This document shows, one piece after another, positions 55,293 to 64,000 of a DNA stretch of 64,000 nt. The notes beneath the pieces are model-generated. The model was not told where the DNA came from, searched no databases, and saw only the letters and a list, made by a program, of their open reading frames with translations. The translations under genes and the position numbers were made by a program. Every line of letters starts with the position of its first letter. The stretch's first letter is position 1. The stretch covers positions 1,787 to 65,786 of the forward strand of contig JAZLIJ010000066.1 in the NCBI GenBank assembly GCA_045617325.1, read 5' to 3'. This DNA comes from Fibrobacter sp. (GTDB lineage: Bacteria; Fibrobacterota; Fibrobacteria; Fibrobacterales; Fibrobacteraceae).

Positions 55293-56857
55293 AACTTCGC
55301 ATTCTGATTCTTTTGGCAATATTTCTCTGTGCCATTTCCTGTACAAACTCAAGTGACGTATTCTTTGACGAAGCAGATTGCGTCGAGATTACCATGAACG
55401 TATCCGTTTCGCACACCTTCGACAAAAGCACAGAAATTGTCAAGGCTGACACTTTTGACATCAACGATTCCATCGTATTGCAAGTCAACATCCAGCCGAC
55501 AAAATCCATCAAGATGCAGTCGTACCGCTGGTTCCTGGACGGAAGCCCTTATAAGTCAGATTTTTCGTTCAAGGATAAAATAGCAAAGCCAGGCCACCAT
55601 ACGCTGACTTTCGAAATGAAGGACTACTACGGGGACATCCACCGCGATTCGCTTGAAATCTGGGTAGCGGCGCGCCCCGTGCTTGACGATAGCCTATATC
55701 TGCCGGCAGATGGAACGCAGGAAGTTTCAACGCTCGGCGGTCTCTCCTTTGCATGGAGCGCCCATACGGACTCCATCGACTTGCACCACTACTACCGCTT
55801 CATCCTCATGGAGCAGGGCTACTCGAACACAGAAATGAAGTTCAAGGCCATTGATACAATTCTCCAGGAGCCAACCTTTACGCTCTACGAGCGGCTTCCT
55901 CCACTTAGGGAATTTCTATGGACAGTGCAGGCCTGCAACGAATACAGTCTCTGTTCCGAGGAAAAAATTTCCAGCCACTTTTTCACAGGAAGCAACTACC
56001 AGGAAGGCGGCCTGCAAGGTTCCTTTACCACAAGCCAGGAACAAGCTCTGCCTATCATTTTCAAGCTGACACCGCTCAGCGACGACAATCATATACAAGC
56101 CGACATTTACAAGTTCAACATTTCCGAAATCCTTGGAAACTTCTCATTCAGCCCAGTTCCCGCAGGCAAATACAGAGTGGATTACGAATCCTCCTACAGC
56201 GACTTCGGCAAGGGTTCTTTTGAAGTAAAAATCAATCCAGGAACAGTCACTGAACTTGACCCCATTTTCATCAATGACACCATACCTCCTGTAATTTCAT
56301 CGATGGACGGAAGCGATACCGTTTTTTACGAGGACTCGCTCAAATTCATCATCAAGGACGGCGGCTTTCCTCTTTCGACACAAAAAATTTCTCTGCATAT
56401 CGAAGATCGAGCTCTCATCGGAAAAAGCCTAGAGGGCGACACGCTAACAGTTCATCTTTCAAACGAGGACAAATTCTGGAATTACCAACCGCTCGTCATC
56501 AAAGCTACAGACGCTAGCGGAAATACGGCGACCAAGACATTCTACTTGACACCGGGAGAACTTTGGTTTTCATCCAACAGCGACACCACTTTATACATGG
56601 GTGACAGTCTTCTCATTTTCTTTAGCAACCGGAATCCTTACGGGTTTGAAGTTGATTCCTTCTGGATTGACAATTTTACAGAATTCTATTCACTGATACT
56701 TATCAATGACAATTCACAGGAAAAGGAATCGACGTTTATTTTCGTGCCCCCCTGCGAAAAGCCTTCTACCCAGGAATTCATTTCGACAATCATCTACACG
56801 AACGGCATTCGCCAAACTAAAAAATGGAAAATCAAATTTCTGGAAAAAGAGGAATGA
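55289..56857 (+). CDS. lipoprotein with multiple Ig/PKD/FN3-like domains
   Basis: TTG start 5 nt after AGGAGG (55278-55283). Lipobox LCAISCTNSS. Contains YRWFLDGSPY...GHHTLTFEMKDYYGD. Confidence 0.6.
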   Translation: MKLRILILLAIFLCAISCTNSSDVFFDEADCVEITMNVSVSHTFDKSTEIVKADTFDINDSIVLQVNIQPTKSIKMQSYRWFLDGSPYKSDFSFKDKIAKPGHHTLTFEMKDYYGDIHRDSLEIWVAARPVLDDSLYLPADGTQEVSTLGGLSFAWSAHTDSIDLHHYYRFILMEQGYSNTEMKFKAIDTILQEPTFTLYERLPPLREFLWTVQACNEYSLCSEEKISSHFFTGSNYQEGGLQGSFTTSQEQALPIIFKLTPLSDDNHIQADIYKFNISEILGNFSFSPVPAGKYRVDYESSYSDFGKGSFEVKINPGTVTELDPIFINDTIPPVISSMDGSDTVFYEDSLKFIIKDGGFPLSTQKISLHIEDRALIGKSLEGDTLTVHLSNEDKFWNYQPLVIKATDASGNTATKTFYLTPGELWFSSNSDTTLYMGDSLLIFFSNRNPYGFEVDSFWIDNFTEFYSLILINDNSQEKESTFIFVPPCEKPSTQEFISTIIYTNGIRQTKKWKIKFLEKEE

Positions 56858-58230
56858 CCATGAATAAATTCTCATATACAGGTCTCCTTCTCATATTCCT
56901 CGCATTTTGCCTCGACGCCTGCGGCGATGATTATAGAGCGGAGGATTCTGATTTTCCGACAATCAAACAGAACATTTTTGTCGTGCCGGAGAATGCGTCA
57001 AGTAAAGTCTATCAGCATTACGTTCCCAAGACAAACAACATCGCAGAAGTGAACGTCAACGAAAAAATCAAGTTCGTCGCAGCCTATTCCATTGACGGAA
57101 GCTATACCGAGGCGACGGATTATGCCGCAGATAATTTCAAGCTCAAATGGACTTTAAAAAATGACGTGAGCCACAACATGGCCTTCCCCTATACATTTTC
57201 AGAAGCAGGCATCTACACCGCCTATTTGGAAACAACGGATTTGAACGGAGATTCCATGAAGGATTCCGTAGAGGTGTATGTCAACACTCATGTATCCATA
57301 GCCTTGAAAAACCCGCCCAACAAGTACAATCTCGTTGCCCCCAAAAATGATGACGGGCTAGAACTGCAATGGGAAGCAAACGGAATCGATCCCTGGGAAG
57401 ACTCCTATTGCACCTTGTACATTTCAGAAGACAGAAATTCCGTATGGGATACACCTCTGGGAAACCTGGCCTGCGACCAAGGCGCTACGCTCATGGGTTC
57501 CTTTATTCCGTCAACAACGAAAAGCACCGACACCTCCCTCACTTTTTATTGGGGAATGACGATAAACACCACTTCAAACGCTGGCGGATACGATCAGGAC
57601 ACTTCAAAAATTTTCACGTTTACAACCAAATTCACACGAGACTCCAATCCCATACTGACAATTCCCATCGTCCTCAAATCTTTTAACAACAAGTTCCCAA
57701 TAAAGACAGAAATCAAAATCATCAACAGCGCAGGGCGCGTCTTATCTACATTGTATAATTCTAATCCCCAGGCCGTATTCAGCCAAAGATTTCCGTCACA
57801 GTCCAAGTTGAAAATTGTCGCTTGCGAAATAAGCATGACAGAATACGGCTGCGACTCCACTACCATAGAGCTTCTTCCAAAGACAACGACGATTATCGAC
57901 ACTATTTATCTTCAAGATCGCACAAGACCGGGATTCACGCCATTCAAAACAAGAATTTCAAAGAAAGACTCCATCCAATTTTACGCCTTGGACAAAGGAT
58001 CGGGAATCAATCCTTCAACGGTTGCGGTCCAGTTGAACCAGGAGCAGCAAAAATTCATACAGGACAGTCTTTTAGTTTCCTTCAAGAACGCATGCAAGGG
58101 GACCTGCGAACTGGCTCTCTACGCAGAAGATTTCGCAAAGAATAAAAGTGCTGATATCTACTGGACTGTCACCACAGAAAAAGATTCCACATTCATCGAA
58201 GGGCCTTTTTCCAGATTGGGGGAACGCTAA
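56854..58230 (+). CDS. lipoprotein with PKD-like domain(s)
   Basis: ATGA start/stop overlap with the upstream gene. Lipobox FCLDACGDD. PKD-like block KFVAAYS...FKLKWTLKNDVSHNMAFPYTFSEAGIYTAYLETTDLNGDS. Confidence 0.6.
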   Translation: MTMNKFSYTGLLLIFLAFCLDACGDDYRAEDSDFPTIKQNIFVVPENASSKVYQHYVPKTNNIAEVNVNEKIKFVAAYSIDGSYTEATDYAADNFKLKWTLKNDVSHNMAFPYTFSEAGIYTAYLETTDLNGDSMKDSVEVYVNTHVSIALKNPPNKYNLVAPKNDDGLELQWEANGIDPWEDSYCTLYISEDRNSVWDTPLGNLACDQGATLMGSFIPSTTKSTDTSLTFYWGMTINTTSNAGGYDQDTSKIFTFTTKFTRDSNPILTIPIVLKSFNNKFPIKTEIKIINSAGRVLSTLYNSNPQAVFSQRFPSQSKLKIVACEISMTEYGCDSTTIELLPKTTTIIDTIYLQDRTRPGFTPFKTRISKKDSIQFYALDKGSGINPSTVAVQLNQEQQKFIQDSLLVSFKNACKGTCELALYAEDFAKNKSADIYWTVTTEKDSTFIEGPFSRLGER

Positions 58231-58851
58231 ATGAAAAAAATCGTATTCCTCATAGCGCTTTTCTGCAGCATTTCCATCGCAAAGGAATGCAGCACCAAGT
58301 ACCTGCACATGGCGACAAACCCGTCCGTGGTAGATATCTACATTGGCAACATCCAGTCTGATTTCGCGGACAAGCCGGCATATACATCGCCGTCATTCAT
58401 CCAAGTACCCTGCGAACAGAAGGAGATTCTCGTTTCCTTGTTCCACCCCGAATACGCAGACACGACAATAAGAGTCACCCTGTCCGACAACGACACCTCT
58501 TATTTGATTGTCGCCCTGCGGCAAATTTTCGACGAGGCGACGCTCCAGCAGAACAAGCAAATTCTCAAGCATCGAGCGCGCAAATCCGTAGGCAAGCACC
58601 TTATCAGGATTTCGATAGCGCCATTTGCCATCAGCGCCATATCGGCGGCAGTGACAGCCTACAATATAGGCAAGGCAGATGATCAGAAAAAAATTATCGA
58701 GAAAAGCCGCATCGTAGACGACAGCTACAGAAGTGCGAAAAAAGATTTTAAGGACCACAGGCATTACGCCAAAACGGCAAGAGTAAGCACAGGCATTTTC
58801 CTCGCGACAGGTCTCGCCGTTCTTGCGACAGGCATAGTACTTTCCTTCTAG
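58231..58851 (+). CDS. PEGA-like domain protein with C-terminal TM hairpin
   Basis: Signal peptide. PEGA-like LHMATNPSVVDIYIGN...VSLFHPEYADTTIRVTL. Two C-terminal TM helices, ending GIVLSF. The ATG immediately follows the upstream TAA. Confidence 0.55.
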   Translation: MKKIVFLIALFCSISIAKECSTKYLHMATNPSVVDIYIGNIQSDFADKPAYTSPSFIQVPCEQKEILVSLFHPEYADTTIRVTLSDNDTSYLIVALRQIFDEATLQQNKQILKHRARKSVGKHLIRISIAPFAISAISAAVTAYNIGKADDQKKIIEKSRIVDDSYRSAKKDFKDHRHYAKTARVSTGIFLATGLAVLATGIVLSF

Positions 58852-58858
58852 GTGCATC

Positions 58859-60520
58859 ATGAAGAAAATTATTCCATTGATTGTTTTTGCATTGGCAGCC
58901 ACAATTTGGGCAGAAGACCCCGGTGTACAGGCACAAGTCGAGCTTGTCTCGGGCACACGTCAAAAAGCGAGATTTCTCGGAATCCAGAACGATACCGTGA
59001 GTCTTGGCGGTTACATCCAGAACCAGTTCACCATCGTAAAAATTGCGAAGAACAAGTTCAAAAGAATCGTCGATGAAAAAGGAAACGACCTTCTCAACGG
59101 AAGCATCACCAATGCAGCGTCAAAAACGGAGCCGAAAATAGAGCCGCAGGCAAAAGCGGCAGAAGCGGTACCGGCACAAGCAAAGAATGCGGCATCCGAA
59201 GCTAAGGCATCTCCCGAAGTTCCTCTCAGAACTACGCAGAAGGAGGCTAGGACCGCAATGCAGGCGCCAACGACAACCGGGACATCCGCAAAGCAGGATG
59301 CCGCAACCGCAGCTGCATCGACAAACACAGAAGTCGAGGTCACGACGGCATTCATCGCCTACGATTTCAAAAACGGGGATTCGACAATCGCCACGCAGAT
59401 GTCGGCTCTCACAGCGCGTCTTCTGCGCGAAAACAGCGAAACACCGCAAGTTTTCCGCAGGGACAATTTCACCGACTGCGACGACAACATCTGCATTCAG
59501 AATAAACTTTACGCAAAAGGAATATCAACCATTTACTTTGGCAACATCCAGGCCATAGCAAAGACAGACAGCTTGAACGTGAGTCTCAAGCGCGTATTCT
59601 ACGAGGATTCGCTACCGACGATTCACATGTCACAAATGACGATATCGAGCGCCAACTTCCTCAGCGACGCCCTCACTGCAGAAAAGATGAAAAACTTCAT
59701 TCTGGACGCACAGGGACTTGACGCAAAAAACAAAAACACCAAGAGCTACATTCACATAGAAACAGACCCTGAAGGCGCCACTATCTCCCGCAGTGAAAAA
59801 AATTCCATCTGCAAATCGCCCTGCACCTTCGCGGTCCGCGATACGGGAAAATTTTCTCTACACGCCTTCTGGAAAGTGGACCAGCATCTCTGGGGAGCCT
59901 CGACGAACATTATTCCGATTCCCGGCGACACCGTCAAGACTTCGCTCAAGCTGAAAAAAATTGCACCGGAAATTCGCATCGTCACGCACCCGGATGACGC
60001 GGAAATTTACCAAGGCGGCACAGACATTACAAAGCACAGCAAGCCGCTCACGCGCTCTCCTGACAAAGTCTACGCCATGGACATGGGCTACGACAGTCTC
60101 CTCATCCGCAGGCCCGGTTTTCGCGATACGACCGTCAGTTTCTACATAGCACCCGTTCCGCAAATTGATTTGAATATCGATCTTGAGAAAGTAACAGACT
60201 ACGACGAAATCGAGCAGCAAAAGAAATGGATGCACGACAGAAAAATGCTGCATATCGGCCAGGGACTCATCGGAGGCGCTATCGGTTCTGCGATTGTCGG
60301 AGCCTTATTCCTGTACCTTGCGCACCAAGACTACAGCGATGCCGATGACATCAAGTCCGAGCTCAGCACTCCAGGTTCTCTCCAAGGCGAAAATTTCAAG
60401 AACAAACTCAAAAGAAATCACGACCTCGTTGACAACGGGGAGCAAAAAGTTATCATCGGCGGAACCTTAATCGGGGCCGGTGCAATCCTGTTCGGATTTG
60501 GTTTATACCTTACATTCTAG
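58859..60520 (+). CDS. PEGA-domain membrane protein with low-complexity linker and C-terminal TM hairpin
   Basis: Signal peptide, then an A/T/E/K-rich linker. Two PEGA units (IHIETDPEGATISRS...CTFAV; IRIVTHPDDAEIYQGG...GFRDTTVSFYI). Two C-terminal TM helices, ending GLYLTF. Confidence 0.6.
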   Translation: MKKIIPLIVFALAATIWAEDPGVQAQVELVSGTRQKARFLGIQNDTVSLGGYIQNQFTIVKIAKNKFKRIVDEKGNDLLNGSITNAASKTEPKIEPQAKAAEAVPAQAKNAASEAKASPEVPLRTTQKEARTAMQAPTTTGTSAKQDAATAAASTNTEVEVTTAFIAYDFKNGDSTIATQMSALTARLLRENSETPQVFRRDNFTDCDDNICIQNKLYAKGISTIYFGNIQAIAKTDSLNVSLKRVFYEDSLPTIHMSQMTISSANFLSDALTAEKMKNFILDAQGLDAKNKNTKSYIHIETDPEGATISRSEKNSICKSPCTFAVRDTGKFSLHAFWKVDQHLWGASTNIIPIPGDTVKTSLKLKKIAPEIRIVTHPDDAEIYQGGTDITKHSKPLTRSPDKVYAMDMGYDSLLIRRPGFRDTTVSFYIAPVPQIDLNIDLEKVTDYDEIEQQKKWMHDRKMLHIGQGLIGGAIGSAIVGALFLYLAHQDYSDADDIKSELSTPGSLQGENFKNKLKRNHDLVDNGEQKVIIGGTLIGAGAILFGFGLYLTF

Positions 60521-60563
60521 GATTTTGCAGAACAGGGAGTGGAAATTTTTCTAAATTTGGCCC

Positions 60564-61319
60564 ATGAAAAAAATCAAACTCTTTAAGATTATCTTCTCCC
60601 TGGTACTTATCCTCAGCTTCAGTTCCTTTGCTGCCGATGCAAATATTGCAGATTCAGTAAATTCCGTTCCTGTCGCCGTGGATTCCGCCAAGTCTGGTAT
60701 TTACACCCAGATTATCGACTGGTACAACGACAATCTGAATTACGGCACCATCACGCTCTTGATGGCTATCGAGAGCTCCTTCATTCCGTTCCCGTCGGAA
60801 CTGGTGGTGCCTCCAGCCGCATACAAGGCGCTCCAGCCGGAATCTGGCCTGAACATTGCCCTTATCATCCTGTTCGCAACTCTCGGCGCACTCATCGGTG
60901 CTTTCATCAACTATTACTTGGCAAAGTGGCTTGGCCGCCCCATCATCTACAAGTTCGCAGACAGCCGCCTCGGCCACTTCCTGCTTCTGGATGTAGACAA
61001 AGTCAAGAAAGCCGAGGATTACTTCCGCGAACACGGCGCCATTTCCACATTCGTCGGGCGCCTCATCACGGTCATCCGCCAGCTGATTTCCATTCCGGCA
61101 GGCCTTGCCAAGATGAAGCTTTTCCCGTTTACGTTATACACATTCCTCGGTGCAACCATCTGGAACTGCGTCCTTGCGCTTCTTGGTTACTTCGCCCACG
61201 GCCAGAAGGACATTATCGAAAAGTACAACTCGGAGCTTGCCATTGCGCTCCTCGGCTTTGGAGCGCTCTTTATCGGCTACATGGTCTGGAACGCAATCAA
61301 GCCGAAGAAGAAGATTTAA
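60564..61319 (+). CDS. DedA-family membrane protein
   Basis: DedA/SNARE-associated core: MAIESSFIPFPSELVVPPA..., GRLITVIRQLISIPAG. Confidence 0.8.
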   Translation: MKKIKLFKIIFSLVLILSFSSFAADANIADSVNSVPVAVDSAKSGIYTQIIDWYNDNLNYGTITLLMAIESSFIPFPSELVVPPAAYKALQPESGLNIALIILFATLGALIGAFINYYLAKWLGRPIIYKFADSRLGHFLLLDVDKVKKAEDYFREHGAISTFVGRLITVIRQLISIPAGLAKMKLFPFTLYTFLGATIWNCVLALLGYFAHGQKDIIEKYNSELAIALLGFGALFIGYMVWNAIKPKKKI

Positions 61320-61363
61320 ATTCTACAACTATTGCAACGACAACAGCAAAAGCAATCCATTTG

Positions 61364-61396
61364 AAAAGGCTAATACCCATGGTATTAGCCTTTTTT
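61364..61396. terminator. bidirectional rho-independent terminator between convergent DedA and MORN genes
   Basis: AAAA-GGCTAATACC-CAT-GGTATTAGCC-TTTTTT, a 10-bp stem flanked by an A-run and a T-run. Confidence 0.75.
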
Positions 61397-61435
61397 GTAA
61401 AGATTCCAAGGAATTTATTTCGACGCAATAAACGA

Positions 61436-62140
61436 TTAAAAATTGCAGTTCTTTACGCAGCGGTTGGAGACAAACACAGCTTCACTAACCACGGTTCCAT
61501 TCTTGTAAACGCGATACTTTCCGTGCAACATGCCTCGATCATAATCCAACTCGCGCTGAAGCGAACCAAACTCGTCATAGATTTTCACAGAGCCCTGCAT
61601 TTGTCCATGAAGATAGGGAATCTTGACACGCAACGTTCCATTTTCATCCCATTCCTCATGCAAGCCCTCCAAAATGCCCATGCTATAATTTTCTCGTATT
61701 TTCATCTTGCCATTGTCAAAATAGCTCAAGCTGATTCCGTTTTCGACGCCATTCACATAGCTCACGAGCTGCCACTGAAATCCATTTTCGTAATAACTCT
61801 TGAACAGCCCATTGAGCGTTCCATTTTTATACACGGCGTCAATGGCAAGCCTTCCATTCGGGTGGAATGTGCGTGATACGCCCTCGCGCGTTTCCGTACC
61901 CTTGAGAACGATATAGAATCTCGAAACTTTTCCATCAGGGAAAAACGCTCTGACGGTATCCAAGCCAGTCGCCCTTGGGGCGCTAGATGCACCAGAATAA
62001 TTTGCCGAAGGTGCAGAATAAGCGCGTTCATCGCGAGGAAGCGAGAAATCTTCGGCAATTGCGGTTCCACAGATGCAAATGGAGAAGAAAAATGAGGTTA
62101 AAAATGAGACTTTCATCACGCTAAATGTAGCTTTATTCAT
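61436..62140 (-). CDS. secreted MORN-variant repeat protein (YwqK-like)
   Basis: Signal peptide. Repeated F/Y-x-NG-x-L blocks of about 23 aa (FHPNGRLAIDAVYKNGTLNGLFKSYYENG..., YFDNGKMKIRENYSMGILEG...). Confidence 0.7.
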   Translation of the reverse strand: MNKATFSVMKVSFLTSFFFSICICGTAIAEDFSLPRDERAYSAPSANYSGASSAPRATGLDTVRAFFPDGKVSRFYIVLKGTETREGVSRTFHPNGRLAIDAVYKNGTLNGLFKSYYENGFQWQLVSYVNGVENGISLSYFDNGKMKIRENYSMGILEGLHEEWDENGTLRVKIPYLHGQMQGSVKIYDEFGSLQRELDYDRGMLHGKYRVYKNGTVVSEAVFVSNRCVKNCNF

Positions 62141-62165
62141 TCAGATTTAGTATTTTGTGGGCGTC

Positions 62166-63668
62166 ATGCATGTTACTTTTTTAAATCCTCCTTTCCACCC
62201 GATGTTCAGTCGGGAATCTCGTTCTCCTTGTGTCACTAAATCCAGCACGCTTTACTGGCCGATGTTCCTGAGCTATGCCGCAGGCGTATGCGAAGCCGAC
62301 GGCAACGAAATCCAGCTCATCGACAGTCCCGCCATGGAACTGGACCTTCCGCAGACGTTGGAAGGCATCAAGAAGTTTAATCCGGAACTGGTCATTTGCA
62401 GCACCAGCACCCCGAGCATTTTGAACGACCTCAAGGTCGTGAAGGCCATCAAGGAACAAATCGGCTGCAAAGTGGCCATCATGGGCACGCACGCCACGGC
62501 AGAGCCGCTTGAATCCATGGAAATGGAACCGTCGCTTGACTTCGTCGTCATCGGCGAAGCGGACTACACCTGCCGCAACTTGGTCCGTAGCCTCCGCGGT
62601 GATGGACAGCCGCTGAACCAGATTGCTGGTCTCGCCTTCCGCACAGAAGATGGCAAGGTGGATTTCCAGCCCGAAGGTCCGAAGATCGAGAACCTGGATG
62701 AAATCCCGTGGGTCTCCAAAGTTTACCGCAAGCATCTCTACAGCTGCTACAAGAAGTATTTCTACGGTGCAAACCTCAATCCGCTGATCGTGATTCTCTC
62801 CGGCCGCGGATGCCCGAACCACTGCAGCTACTGCGTGATTCCGCAGACTTTGAACGGTCACAAATTCCGCCGCCGCGACCCGAAGGACGTGGTTGACGAA
62901 TTGGAATACATCAAGAACAACTTCGAGGATTTGGGCGAAGTCTTCTTCGAGGACGACACCTTCACCGCAAGTCACGAACACGTGCGCACGATATGCAACT
63001 TGATTCTCGAACGCGGTTTAAAGATTACCTGGAGCTGCAACGCCCGCGCCGACGTGCCGCTTGATTTGCTCAAGCTCATGAAGAAAGCCGGCGGTCGCGA
63101 AATGTGCGTCGGCTTCGAAAGCGCCTCCCCGGAAGTTCTCGAGAAGATTCACAAGGGCGTCAAAAACACCGACAAGGCAATCGAGTTCACAAAGAATGCC
63201 CGTAAGGCAGGTCTTCTGGTCCACGGCTGCTTCATGGTCGGAAACCCTGGCGACACGCCGGAAACGCTCCGCATGACGCTCGACTACGCCAAGAAGTTGA
63301 ACCCGAACACAGCGCAATTCTACCCCATCATGGCATACCCCGGCACCGAGGCTTACAAGGAAGCTTTGGAGAGCGGCGCTTTGAAGACGAAGGATTACAG
63401 CCAGTGGCTCGACAAGGACGGCTTCCACCGCACGACGATTCAGCGCGGGGAACTCACAAGCCAGGCTCTTGTGGACTTCTGCGACCAGGCTCGCCGCGAA
63501 TTCTATCTGCGTCCGAGCTACATTTTGCGTCAGGGCATCATGGCCATCAAGAACCCGCGCGAACGCTACCGTGTATTCCGCGGCTTCAATACGCTTGTGA
63601 AGCACCTGTTCCGTAAGCATGGCGAGCTTGCGCCTGTCGCACGCCAGGCCCCGACCATCAAGCCGTAA
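62166..63668 (+). CDS. B12-binding-domain radical SAM protein
   Basis: N-terminal cobalamin-binding-like Rossmann region, then the radical SAM cluster motif GCPNHCSYCV (CxxxCxxC). ATG at 62166 (MHVTFLNPPF) preferred over GTG at 62157. Confidence 0.8.
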   Translation: MHVTFLNPPFHPMFSRESRSPCVTKSSTLYWPMFLSYAAGVCEADGNEIQLIDSPAMELDLPQTLEGIKKFNPELVICSTSTPSILNDLKVVKAIKEQIGCKVAIMGTHATAEPLESMEMEPSLDFVVIGEADYTCRNLVRSLRGDGQPLNQIAGLAFRTEDGKVDFQPEGPKIENLDEIPWVSKVYRKHLYSCYKKYFYGANLNPLIVILSGRGCPNHCSYCVIPQTLNGHKFRRRDPKDVVDELEYIKNNFEDLGEVFFEDDTFTASHEHVRTICNLILERGLKITWSCNARADVPLDLLKLMKKAGGREMCVGFESASPEVLEKIHKGVKNTDKAIEFTKNARKAGLLVHGCFMVGNPGDTPETLRMTLDYAKKLNPNTAQFYPIMAYPGTEAYKEALESGALKTKDYSQWLDKDGFHRTTIQRGELTSQALVDFCDQARREFYLRPSYILRQGIMAIKNPRERYRVFRGFNTLVKHLFRKHGELAPVARQAPTIKP

Positions 63669-63709
63669 CCGCGCGCCCGCGCACCTCCGCGACAGCTTTT
63701 TCGGAAATT

Positions 63710-63752
63710 AGCGGGATTTTCAAGCATTTTCGCTCGAAAATCCCGCTTTTTC
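63710..63752 (+). terminator. rho-independent terminator after the radical SAM gene
   Basis: AGCGGGATTTTC (63710-63721) / GAAAATCCCGCT (63736-63747) with a 14-nt loop AAGCATTTTCGCTC, followed by TTTT. A similar imperfect hairpin lies at 63889-63930. Confidence 0.65.
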
Positions 63753-64000
63753 GTTACTTTATTCACAACAACTTAGCAACAAACTCGTAAAAACAGCGCA
63801 TTTTCGCCTATCAGCGCGAACAAAAGCAGCTTTTCGCCCCGAAATCCCCGCAGAAACAAGCATTGAGCCACATACAACGTAATTTTTAGCGGGATTTTTC
63901 GCCATTTTCGGCAAAAAACCCCGCCTTTTTCGCCTATTTCGGTTTTCTTACAACAAAAACTGATTGACCTGCCGTTCCACATCTCTACTGCTAAGGGGCT

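Overview
This 64 kb window looks like a chromosomal segment from a Fibrobacter-type genome. That inference rests on two TIGR02147-family genes, a GH43+CBM enzyme with a C-terminal sorting-like tail, and many envelope lipoproteins; no database search was possible. I support about 50 protein-coding genes and found no rRNA, tRNA, CRISPR array, transposase or prophage.

Housekeeping genes:
- ispE, ftsK, panC, a deoxynucleoside kinase and folK
- rho (with a long disordered N-terminal extension), proC and a Xer-type recombinase
- tgt, a TrpB2-type tryptophan synthase beta, ruvA, ruvB, tadA and xseB

Accessory and less ordinary content:
- A tight minus-strand operon runs hybrid kinase, BMP-family binding protein, hybrid kinase, Nudix hydrolase, patatin (2039-9833).
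- There are two paralogous cassettes of a TIGR02147 gene followed by a lipoprotein. One lipoprotein gene runs off the window start and is missing from the ORF track.
- A six-gene minus-strand operon (46226-52022) is built around a MotA/ExbB-like protein with a tail of about 460 aa made of 11-residue repeats, plus a MotB/OmpA partner. This is Zorya-like, but no recognisable Zorya effector is present. It is my best candidate for an undescribed system.
- An AT-rich islet of small envelope proteins lies at 44.1-46.2 kb.
- A five-gene operon encodes PKD/Ig-like lipoproteins and PEGA-domain membrane proteins (54576-60520).
- A POTRA-less Omp85 barrel is divergent from an MMPL/RND-like exporter.

Two signals not explained by the ORF track:
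- A classic-looking tryptophan attenuator sits upstream of trpB2. It has a 16-codon leader peptide with three consecutive Trp codons, alternative hairpins and a terminator.
- A family of mosaic intergenic elements is assembled from heptanucleotide tandem arrays plus a small lexicon of GC-rich hairpin modules. They occupy nearly every long intergenic gap, and in three cases (ruvB, tadA, a sigma-54 activator) the arrays run right up to the start codon.
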